In this document: in pieces, positions 12,900 through 25,500 of the stretch
Position numbering within the stretch: position 1 is the first letter of the stretch
How the letters are laid out: each line of letters opens with the position of its first letter
Source of the DNA: Intoshia linei
Taxonomy: Eukaryota; Animalia; Orthonectida
Reading direction: 5' to 3'
DNA: 35,854 nt
Assembly: GCA_001642005.1 (NCBI GenBank)
Contig: LWCA01000269.1
Location: 1-35,854, forward strand
Notes under the pieces: model-generated
Databases searched by the model: none
What the model saw: only the letters and a program-made list of their open reading frames with translations
Told to the model about the DNA's origin: nothing
Translations under genes and position numbers: made by a program

Positions 12900-15800
12900 A
12901 TGTCAGATTCATACGATGATTCCGAAAACGATTATGAAAATGGTATACAAAATATTTACAACTAATACAAGTCAAACCCTTTATTAGAAGATAGGCATAA
13001 ACATAAAAAAATTGGGAAAGTTGAGAGCAACATTTGTAAACTAATTTCTGGATTAGCTCATGACACCACTGTAAATCCCGAAAAGTTTTATTTTGAAAAC
13101 ATTATTTTAGAGATCTGAGCACATTTCCAACCTGCAAGTTTTAGTGGATGTATTGGAACACGATTTACCCAGCATGAAAGCAAATATAATGCAACTGATA
13201 TTCCATTTGTATCTATTTTTTTAAATTTTTAATTTTCTGAAATGTTTAGTACATTGAAAAATTGTTTAAAGCTTTCGAGTTATGTTACGCTTATTGGTCT
13301 TTTAAATCTTAAAAATAGCGATTTTGGACAAGACGTAAGTTGTAGAGCCTTGAAACGTGCACGGACCGCAAAATATTTTCTAAATGCGGATGGATGGCAT
13401 GGGCGTAGCTAGTTAAAAAATTTAACGACGAGCCAGTGGGGCGATTAATTAAAAAATGTTTTTTTAACGGGTCGGTGAGAATCGGAAAATATGTATCCAT
13501 GCAGGGCTCTTGCTCTAGCAAATTTGCATTAATTTTGAATTGATATTAACAATACTTTTAGATGATTAAAATGTTTTGCAATAAATTGCAAGAATTTATT
13601 GATAATGGGGATTACAATGATGCCGTTTATGTGGTTCATCTTTTGTTTATTTTAAACTATTTACGCAAAAATTAGATGATTGTTTTGTCTGATTTGGTTA
13701 ATGCTAATGTCATCAATTACAAATCAATTCTTGATTTATTTGAGTCGATTACTAATTTTATCATTACAGATGATTGTAAACAGGTAAAAGTGCATAAACA
13801 AAAATATTAAATATTTAGAATCGTGGTGATTATCTTTTGTACATTATTTTGGTGTCTCTGCCCACAATTGGAAAAACTCTCCACATTAAGGATAGTCTAA
13901 GATTATATTCCTTTTTATCTAATATTGAAGAGTATATGGAGTAAGATTTTCCAATTCAATTTTTAAAATCTGTATTGCAGGTCTCGATCAAGATTAAATT
14001 TGGAATTATTCAGAGTTTGGTCCATTGATTATCTTATTCCAGAGGAGGATGTATTTTATCATTTTTTTTTTGTTTGTTTTACAGTTTGTAGGTTTTGGAT
14101 TGCGTGTGGAATCAAGTGAAATTGTTTTGGAAAAAGGAAAATTGGATCGATGATTTAAATCTTATCGAAAAACCATATTCCAGTTTTACCGTTGAATTAG
14201 ATACCAGCGTACAGCATGATATTGAATCTTTAAAAATAGGAAAAGAAAGGTTTGAGTTTATGTTTGTAAATTTTTATTTTTTAGTGAAACAGTAACTACT
14301 GCAGTTAATTTTATGCATCTGTTTGAACCTAAAAAACTTTTACCAATATCATTCAAAATTTTTGATTCTACCGATGTGGAATCTATGGGAAAGGCGCTCC
14401 CCGGGAATCATTCAATTACAAGATTTATTTTGTCATGGCAAGTTAGATACATTATCAAATCTAATTTTGATAATAAAAAGGCTTGGTATATTTTATGTCT
14501 TTATTTTAATTTATATTTTTTTATTTAGTTCAATTGCATTGGTCAATCAGTTTGATTCTAATGTCAAAATATCACATTATCATATTGTTGTCGAGGTATT
14601 TTTTCAAATTTACAATACAGTAAATCATCTGAATCAAGGTTCTCCAAACGTTTTTCGATGGTACCCCAATTTAAATATATAAACCGTCTGCCCTAAAAAG
14701 TAATAAGTTGTAAGTATATTAAATGATCAACTTAAAGAATAAAAATAAAATGTTCGCGTTCCCCTGCATACCCGGGACCCTAAAATAGACGAAGATTTTT
14801 TGTTGTGATTGACATTTGGGAACACATATCATCTGCCGAAAAATTTAGTTTGTTGCCATTTTGATTAGTCTATATTTTAGATCTTATTTGAAATTTTATT
14901 CTCAGAACACGATTTCGACAGAAATGTGGAAATAATTGTTGCATCTATGATAATTGAAATTTGCAAGTTACAACCAAAGACATTACATCATATAGTATTA
15001 ATAAAATGATAATAGAGTTACAAATTTTAGGTTGCATATTCGGTTCATGATATTATGAATAAAATGAACAATATGAGCATTTCTTGCATTGAAAGGTTTG
15101 AATTGTATAATAATTATTTTTGAGCAACAATTTTTAATTTTTAACCAAACTAAAAAAATTGTGGTTTTAAAATACGACTTTTCAGTGTAAAAATGAATAC
15201 TGGTCAATGTGTACTTTAATTTAGATTTGTAAAATGGTTTGCTCTTCATTTGAATAATTTTCAAGTTAAATGGGAATGGGAAGAATGGATAAAGTTTGTA
15301 ATACCCTCTGAAGAAAGAACCAACTTTACTCTTAGTTATGTGGCCATTAGAGAATTGATTAACAATTTGACAGAGTAATTTTTTCAATTTTAGTAAATTT
15401 AAAAATAGCCTCTCATTTTGTGATAAAATTAACAAAGATTTGTCTCAAGAATATCAAAGTTTAATGATTCAAACAAGAGATTCTGTTGATATTTGTGGTA
15501 TGTATTTTAAAATTGAAAAAATGTAAAATTAACTTTTAAAAATTTTATTTCAGATGAACTTGACGAGGAAAAAATGAAAATTGTTGAAGACATTAAAAAG
15601 AATTTTAGAAATAAAACAGATATGAGTTATTTTAAAAGTCTTGTTAATGATGCTGCTGATTTTGAAACTATTGCTGGTATTTTTGTCACAACGCTATTAC
15701 GCTTTTCAGATAAAACTATATCTTTCACAATATCTGCCATATCAAAGTAATTTAATTAACATGTAAATTTTTTGTAATGTCAATACACAATGTAGATATT

Positions 15801-16559
15801 TTCCAATTTTTAAAATTATCGCTTCTCATGAAAAAGGAGAAAATACAATTTTAAATTCACTTTTTTTCATTTGGAAAAATAATAATCAGGTAAATAATAA
15901 TTATAATAATTATTATTTTGATTTGATAGATAATTGAAATTTTGATTGACAAATTAATCAAAATTGAAGTGTTAACTTGTTTGAATGTAATTACTTATCT
16001 GTTTACAGTTGATCCTAATGAAATGGCCAGGTAATGAATACTTTTTTAATCAATTGAATACTTTTGTAGATTTTATGTATGGCGTATTTTTAATAATTCT
16101 ATTAAAAAAATGATTTGTCATGTAATGTCCCAATATTGTATTTATGAAGCTTGTATAGATGATTACAGTAAATGCATGGTTTTATTTGTAATGTTTATCT
16201 TTATTTTTATGTAGAAAACTAAAGAGGCGTATGTAACTGCCTACGATAGTTTAAATTCTCTATTTATTAGATGCTTTTCGGTAATATCGTAAAAATTAAA
16301 TTGTTTAAATTTGATCTAGCTTTTTAATTACACTCACGAACACGGTGTTCATGTTGATGGGTTTATCGATTATTTGGAATTGCGGTTCAAAAACTTTTTA
16401 AAGCGAGTAATTTATTTTTTTAATTTATATAATCAAATTTAGTACATGCACTATATAGCCTATTTACCTAAAAGTGATATATCAGAATGTCTACAAGATA
16501 ACGAAAAATATTTCAAATATTATGAAACTGTAATGAATTTATTAGATATTAAAATTTAA
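12900..16559 (+). CDS. NCBP1: Nuclear cap-binding protein subunit 1 (CBP80), 22 exons
   Basis: The spliced translation is collinear with recalled NCBP1: N-terminal basic patch [99 protein letters not shown]. It has 21 GT-AG introns in consistent phase. Confidence 0.93.
13343..13511. mobile_element. hAT-type MITE in NCBP1 intron 4
   Basis: GC-rich insert with termini TAGAGCCTTG...CAGGGCTCT; it expands the intron to 227 nt. Confidence 0.6.
14636..14825. mobile_element. hAT-type MITE in NCBP1 intron 11
   Basis: Termini CAAGGTTCTCCAAA...TTTGGGAACAC inside a 284-nt intron. Confidence 0.45.
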
Positions 16560-16572
16560 TACTAATTAATAA

Positions 16573-19500
16573 TTACTCGTCTAATTCAAATTCCAATACT
16601 TTTAATTTTACTTGGTTTTGAGTTTGTATTATCTAAAATAAAAATTTACGTTTTCCAGAAATAGTCTACCCGAAATTGTATTGAAAATTAGGTAAATTAG
16701 TAAAGCATTGTTTTTACTTACAACCCTACAATGTACGACTCATTACAAATTTTGTACACGAGTGATAGCGAATTTAGGCTCGATTTATGATTTTAGATAA
16801 ATTACCTTAAAATACAATTTACATCTTTCAAACAAATATTTCCATTTAATTTTTGTTTTTATGGTATTTTTCAATCCCTCAAAATCTTTAGCCTAATTTT
16901 TATATAAATTTTAACAAAAAATTAATTACCTGGCATTTAAGAATGTTTAGCATTATATAATCACTTAAAAACACACCATTTGTAAATGATCCAGTTTCAT
17001 CAGAAATTGAAATCTATAGAAATGTTTAGAGGTTAATATTTCATTACCGGAAGCATAAATGTTTTTACGGTGTCTCTATTGTCTTCCATATTACAACTAA
17101 GTGAACAGTGGCCATTTATTACTTCATATTTACACATTGAACTATAAATGTTTATCAAATATAAAATGTTAGGTCAGGTTTTCAACCAGGGGCTGATTGG
17201 ATTTCAGGACTAGTAATCGTGAAAATTACATTTTTTTATAAATTAAAATATAAAAATGACAAATATACTGGTCATTGTGAGTTTGCGTATATCGAAACCT
17301 GTAATTCATAGTTTCTTAACCGTTGTGTTAGCACCTCGACGGGTACTATAATTAATTTTAGGGTGCTAGAAAAACTATTTTTATTTTTTACTTTATCTAT
17401 CAAAAATTATAGTGGAATATTTAAATTTTAAGTCAATTTTAATCTGATCAAATACATATTGATGTATTTGATCATGTTCGATATTAAGAGGGTGGTTTTT
17501 AAAAATGTTAATAAAATGCGATTTTTATGTTGAATTTTAAAAAATCATTTTTTTATTTTTTTCTTCATTATACAGATATGAATACAGATTTTTCAGAGCA
17601 CTAGTTCGGTTTTTTGGTCGAAAGTTTACTTTTTGCTTGGGTACACGTCATTTTATATAGAAAAACTAAAAATAATGAAAATTTTTAAATTTGGAAAAAA
17701 GTAGTCACTTTTCACAACCACATGTAGTCCCTGGTCCGCTTAATCTGTCGCTACTGCATATACAATTGAATATATGTATTTACGCCAAAAATTTGACAAA
17801 AAAACATGAATTTGAGACTTATTAAAAGTAGTAGTATTATAAGTTATATATAATATATTATATAATACGATTAACAGTGTGATTCTTTAAATAATTTAAA
17901 AAAAATTTTTTTTAAAATAATCAAAATATTGTTATGAAAGCAAAATTTGATGAATAAGTTGCAACATGCGGCTCGAAACCAAGGGATTATAACTCATTAT
18001 ATAAACTACCATTTAATTTTGATAAAATTTGGAGTTTCAACGTCAATATCAAATCCGGTTAAATTAACAAAAGTTAATCCAAATTTATCAACTTCTTGCC
18101 TTGATAACATCATTTTAATTTCTTTCAGATTGTAAGTTTTTTTAATACTCTCAACTAAATTAAATAAAAGTATTTTTTATTTTATAGTGCATAGTTTTAT
18201 TAATTGAAAAATTAGGAAAGGAGATAGAATTCATATGACGGGTCTACAATTCTAAATTAACACTTGACGTTATAATAATTTTTCGTGGGCCAGAACGGAA
18301 TGTTTTCACTTGAGTACACTACTGGTAGTAGGGCATGGGTTCTTAACCTTTTTCCATTTGGCATCCCTTAATTCAATAAAATTCGATTTGGCACTCCAAA
18401 AATTGCTGATGACACAATTACTGATAATGTTAATAAGCACGCCATTGTCTACTCTCTACGGCCCTGATTATTAATATTTATAGTTATTGATTAGTAGATA
18501 GTAATATTTATAATACATATATATGTATTACCGAATTTTTCATGAGGTATTTCAATCAATGATATTTTATCGATATATTCCCGTAATTTATTTGATATAT
18601 TGCAATCTAATTGGATAATGACAAAATTTAGACAATGTAATATAAAGTGTTTTCTCACTTGATCAAGTCATGATATAAATTTTGTTATTAATTATTTATT
18701 ATATAATAATATAATAATAATTTATTAATAATTATATTTTGTTAAAATTATAAATTGAAAGTGCTGGAAAACCCTTATATTTACAGTAATTTTGTAAATA
18801 GTCATATATTAAATCATACATGGATTTACAATAATCAACGTTTTCGATATTGTATAAGCATAAGAAATGTTGTTTCGTTCATCAAATGTCATTTTAATAT
18901 CATTCAAACATAACACTAATATTTAATCAGGGTTGAAACTATGCTACATCAAGGCCCCTCGTTGCATACAACAAGACATACGTCGCATGACGTTGTTTGT
19001 CAAGGTATTTACGTTTGAGATTTTTAAGGAGGGCAGTCCTAACTTATCTGAAATATATAAATGTATTATCTGTGTATTAATAGTAGTAATAGTAAACACT
19101 GTTCTTTATGAAGATTGAACATACTAAACGTATAAATCACGTTTATTTTTAAAATTTGAAGGGCCTCGAGCAGATAATGTCGGTACAGTACTGTAATGTA
19201 AAATGTACATAATGTATATATTAATGTATACCTGTTTGTTTACACATCCAAAATTCGCTTAATTTTGCATACGATTTACCCCATCTATAAATTAAATTTT
19301 TGGAAAATTATTAAAAATTACAAAGTAATTAATTTAGAATTTCCATTTTCGTCGTAGATTTCAATGCATGTTTTATAAGACAAACTTTCGTAAGTCGAGA
19401 AAACAATTTTCGGTTTTCCCAACTAATTTTTAACAAGTTATAATAATTATAATTATATTCAAATTTACAGTACATAATTAATAATAATAATTGAAACTTG

Positions 19501-22500
19501 CATACTATTGATAGAATATAGTATACATGAGAAGTTCCCAAACTCATTTGGTCTACCCNGATATTTTTCAATTTAAAGTTTTTCTAAATTACTCTTGTAT
19601 GCAATGAAACATTTTTCAAATTTAAATCAAGTATTAATAAAATTATTATACGTTGTGAGTATGGGAACCTGAAAAATGATGTTAAAAAGTAATAATAATT
19701 TAGATTATCTTTATGAGAAATATTGTAAATAAGGTGGATTTTTACTGGTTCAACTTTCTTGAAATAATGTAAATAAGTTACTTACCTCTTTATAATGATA
19801 TTTAACTAAAAAGTTATCTCTCACGGGCCTGGATGCTTTTTCGTAGTGTGAGGGGGGAAACTGGTTTTACCGACTAAATTCCTTAATCCTTGTCGGGAGA
19901 TATGGATTTTGGCAAAGAGCGTTATTAACTCTTCAAAAAAAGGACTTGAAAAAATTTAGGATGTTACTTATAAGAGTAGCATCCACCACTGATAATTAAA
20001 CTTAGCGAAGGGTATGATTAGGGTTTTCTTGGGAAATTATCAGTATTTGAATTTTGGTCGTGAAGAAGCTTTTCAAGTATAAATAAAATAGATTTTTTTT
20101 AATTAGAAAGTTGTAAGATATAATTCTCTAATGAGAACTTTCTAGTATTTCAAGTGACAGAACTTTAAAATTGAAACATGGTAACTTAAATCTTGATGAA
20201 TTTTGATTATTAGTTGAAAAGGAATATCCCATAATGGCAGAGAAGGCCTTAAAAATTCTAATACAATTTTCAACATCCTAATTTTGTGAATTGGGATTTT
20301 CTACATTGACAGCAATTAAGCATAAGAAACGGGCAAAGCTGCTGTCGGTAGAAGAAAAACTTCGTGTATGTGTCTCAAAAACACGTCCAAGAATTAAAAA
20401 CCTTTGTAAAAAGTATCAGGCCCAAATTTCTCATTAAGAAAAAAAAATAAATTTCGTTATTAAAAAATTTATGTTTTTAATATTAGAAGCGTAATTTTTT
20501 AATTAAAAATCAAATTGTTTTATATATGTGACATGCGAAAAAAAATTTTGATTTTAAAAATAAAACATGTCTTAAAATTTTATAAAACAAATTCTGGGAT
20601 ACTTGTTTAAAATCATAAGCAATATAATAAATAGCAACCTCAAAAATATGCATTTTCACGATGAAAATCCCAGATTGCACTTTTTTAAAAAATGAAAATG
20701 GTCATAGAATTTAAAAAAAAGTATAGCTAATACAATTAAATCTAGTGAACACACACTAAAATTTTTAATCTGACAAAGTGATGTCTTCACGGTCAAAAAA
20801 GCAGTTTAGTATTCATTTTTTTTATTTCGAAACTATTTAAATTTGAAATATTATACTGTTAAATCACCATTATATTGAAAAATTAAAAAATATGTATTTG
20901 ATCTTTGGAATTCGTATTGACAGCCTGTCAATGACTTGAACCATTTACAGTGAAAACTAACTATTAAAAATTGTAACTACAATTAGAAAAGCGTCGTCAA
21001 TCAACATTACTCTTAATTATACATATTAAAATTGAAAGATTGGCATTATGCGTAATATTCATTGAGTATAGTTTCACACTTAACCCAAATCGACCCAGAT
21101 ACCATTAGATTTTGACGAGTAAAAATCACAAAAAAGGAATGATTATATTAAAAAGTATATTAATGTTTAACAATTTTTTTTAAAATGCGGTAATATAATG
21201 AGTGAAAGGAATTAATGCTAAACCAACAGTAAAAATACAGCATAGTTATTAACAAAATACATAAATAAAAAGTATACAAATAAATATTTTAACTGTCATA
21301 TACAATTTTAATCTCTAAAAAAATGTACATATATTGGATTTTTGGGTGTAATAATTTGATTAAATATATTATTAAACATCTTACCATAATGTAATATAAA
21401 ATTAGATTTATTCAGTGGAATTTTGATTGCAGGTAAAATAAAAATGTTAAAAACTTATATAAAACATAAAATGTAGACAAAATTACATGCCCAATTAATA
21501 ATTGTTTCACTTGCTTAAAAAAAGAAACAAAATGTCTTGATTGTGAAGACGGATATTATAAATCGCTCGATAAATGTCACAGTATATTAATTAATTTATT
21601 AAATTTTAAATATAAAACTTAGATATTTTTATTTATATGTAAATAAACTTTTTTAGAGTGTCCTATAGGCTGTTCAAACTGCATGAATAGGAATATCTGT
21701 AGTCATTGCCGAGAATTTACATTTTGGGATGATAAATTAAATTACTGCTCTAGTGAATTTATTACTCATACATTATAATTTATATTTTTTTATTTTATGT
21801 ATTCCAACTAAATTTAGGCTGCCCGATTTTTTGTGAATCGTGTCAAACTAAAGTCAAATGTGAAATTTGCATTGAAAAATATTACAAAATTGAAGAAAAC
21901 ATAAAGTGCATTGGTAAACTATGCATTCATAATATTTAACTTATTGTAGCATGCCCCGAATATTGTAGTGATTGCACTTCACCAGAAAATTGTATAGCTT
22001 GTTTTAGCGGATATTTTTTGACTCGAAAATTGCATAAATCATTTTGCAACAGTTATATTTTAATTGCTAAAATTAAATACCATTTAGAGTGTACGAGCAA
22101 CTGTTTATTATGCCTGGATAGAGTTTCATGTATAACATGCAAAAGTGATTATTTTTGGGACAAGTCGGATCAAGTCTGCCAATGTAAGTTGTCTTAATCA
22201 AATGATTAATTAATACGTTTATAGAATAATGCAGTGTTTATTATTTTAGCTTGCGGGTCAAATTGTTTGAAATGTGATGAAACCGTAGGATGTACAAAGT
22301 GTGGTAAAGGGTATATTGTCACAAATAGTGTTTGCCATCGTTTCTTTTATGTTATTTTAATTAATTAATTCTTAGAATGTCCAATATTGCATAAAAGTTT
22401 ATGTGAAAAAATTATGGATAAGACTAGAGGTAGAATTTGGAGAAGCACATCACAATCGTGCATTTGTAATTATGAAATTATAATTTATTAATTTTTTTAT

Positions 22501-25500
22501 ACTAGATTGCCCTGAAAATTGTTTAAGGTGTATATTAGAAGAAAGTGAAATTTTTTGCATTTATACTGAGAATAATATTATTTATTCAGGTTGTAGAAGT
22601 GGCCTCGTTTGGACTTGGAACTATTTATGTGAAAGTAAATTTTAATACTATTTTTATAATTTTTAAGTGTGCAGTGGAATCTCAAGACATTTACTACCAA
22701 CTAAAGAATTTTGTCATCAATGTGATGGTTACTATTATGATGAAAATGAATGTATGCGTAATACTTACTAAAGTAAATAAAATAATAGTTTATAAATATG
22801 TGTCTGTTTGTGTGTAACCATTTATTTTTAAAACTCACAGTCCCATAAATTTAAAATGTACAATATAGTAACAAAAAATAGTTTAGATAAAAAAATAATA
22901 AAAAGTAGTTTTTTTGGGCACAGAAAGTATAATATATTACAGAATTATTTTGAAAATCTGAGAAAAACCAAATCCTAGAATTAAAAAAATTATGATAGCT
23001 ATCAATTAATACATTTATTATACATATACATATGTATGTATAATATACATTGTATATATTGTATAACTTTTTCAAGTTAAAACTCTGTTTTTATGTTATA
23101 TTTTAATATCAATGTCAAGATATAAAAATATATAAGATGTGGTGATGTCAGTTTCAAATTTTATAATGCTATCATCAGTTACCACGAAATTATCATCCTG
23201 ATTATTAATGTTATGTTGTAATAATTTCAATTTCTAATAAAATGTATAATATTAACATATTTTTCAGTTATTATGAATTATTATATATTTTGTATGATTA
23301 TTACAGTGTGTACCATTTAAAACAGTGCACTTAAAAATAAAAAGTTTATCAAAAAAAATTTTGACTGTAACAATTAAATTTGCTTAATAATAAAATTATT
23401 TGGATATTTATCTAAAGTATTTAGGAAAAAGTTAGAAACTTAAAATTATTTAATTTACAATAAATGTTCAAAATGACTACAATCAGATTAGATACATAAA
23501 TCAATGCGTTTAAGGAAATTGTTGTAAACATTAGATAATTCTTGAGTGCTGATTAAGTTAATACTGTTAATGATATTGGTTTTTACGGATTCTATATTTG
23601 AAGGGAAATTTTTATAAATTTTAAATTTTATTGTTCCCCACAAATAAAAATCACATAAAAATAAAAAGACCATATATTTTTTGATATTATTTTTTCGTCG
23701 AATTTATGATTTAACCAATTCATTGATATAAATAAAGTATGGCATGTTTTAAACTCGATTATTAGCTAGACAAGAAATATTCTTTCACTCGTGGTTAACA
23801 TTTCAAAAAATTAATATGAACTTGTTTTTATACAGTTGATTTGTTTTTTATTTCGTCAGTGCACTCATAATATAAAATGTTTTAACAAGTGCACTGTTCT
23901 AAATGGTACACCCTGTATAATAATTTTAGTAATTTTAATTTATAATAGAATGCACTTCATCAACAAATGTAATACTTTCTCCTATTACGTGTGAAAGATG
24001 TATTGGTGGATCAGGAAATTACCATTTGAGAGGCTATCATATAGTTGGAAAATGTTTAAGTAAATTAAAAATTTTTTATAATGTATTAGTAAAATAATTA
24101 ATGTAGTACAGTATTCTCATCACAATTCAATTATTTAACTCGCCATTAATTTCAAATATAAAGTTTTAAGACCATTTTTCAAAATAAATTGTTATTTTGT
24201 ATTTTACAATTTGTATTACAATTTACATTTTATTGCAATTTAACCTTTAAAGGTTTTATCTTCTGTTTCTATAGTTTTAAATTTTCTATCTCGCCAACAT
24301 AGTCTAAATCTCAATAATGGCGAGTTATAGAGAGAATATTGTACATTCTAAATCAGGGGTGTCAGACTGAATTTAGTTGGCGGATCAAATATGAAAAAAA
24401 TTATTAAACAGTTTTAATTAATATAATTAAGAAATAAATAATAACAATAATGTAAAAAAAATAATAAAAAATGAATTTGAAAATGGATAGTTTGAAACCA
24501 TTTGAATTAACTTTATTATTTCGGAATTTTTAATTAAAAAATGAATTTGAAGTTTAAGTTAAATTTGAAAATCAATAGTTACAAAACAATTTGAATTAAC
24601 TTTATTATTCTGTAATTTTTAATTAATAAATAAATTTGAAAATCCATAAATATAAACAAATTCTATTATAACTTTATCATTCCGGAATTTTTAATTAAAA
24701 AATAAATTTGAAAACCGATAGTTACAAAACAGTTTGAATTAACGTTATCATTTCTGAATTTTTAAATAACATGTTAACTGGTGGAAACTCGTTTTAGTGT
24801 GTTTTTTATTTCATCATATTGTGTAAACACTCGTTTTTGCGATTAATAAAATTAATATTACAAATATAAAGCATAGACACCATATTTCAATTATATTATG
24901 TTGTATTTCATTTTTTATTCATTATTCTATTATTTATTTGATGATTATAAATCTCCGATGAGTCTGATCTTGATAATTACAATTTAATGTAAGAGATTTT
25001 AACTGAAGATGAATATGGAAATATGACAAACTCTGTTTCAAAAAAATATATTTTTGAACCTTGTAAATAAACTAATCATAACAATAAATATGTTTATTTT
25101 TCCATCCACTGAAATGGTGACATTTCTAAAACGGTGTCCATTAAATTTTACTCAGTATTTTATGATTTACACAGTATTAATAAAGTTTACTCAGTATTAC
25201 TACTTTACGCAGTATCGTTAATTTTTACACAAATTGTAATAAATTTTTTAACATTTTCGAGCAGCATTTCGAAAAATGAACACTAAAGTGCTTTTTTGAC
25301 CATGAAGAGGTTACTTTTTGAGATTCAAATTTATTGTGTGTTTTAACTAGATATGGACAATCTGTGGTTTTAATCGTGAAAATGAAATTTTTTGAGGTTA
25401 CATTTTATGATAATACTTACTATTTAATAAAAGTCACAGTATGTTTTATAAAATTCTAGGAATTTTTTTATTTTTAAATTAAAGGGTAATTTGGGGTTTT

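Noticed and set aside
14998-15435. 145-aa minus-strand ORF
   Set aside because: It is the antisense shadow of NCBP1 exons; the plus strand carries the conserved motifs.
19500-19805. Open stretches initially read as upstream MEIOB exons
   Set aside because: Exons at 30162-32935 match MEIOB far better and splice in phase to 19422. This stretch also contains an N.
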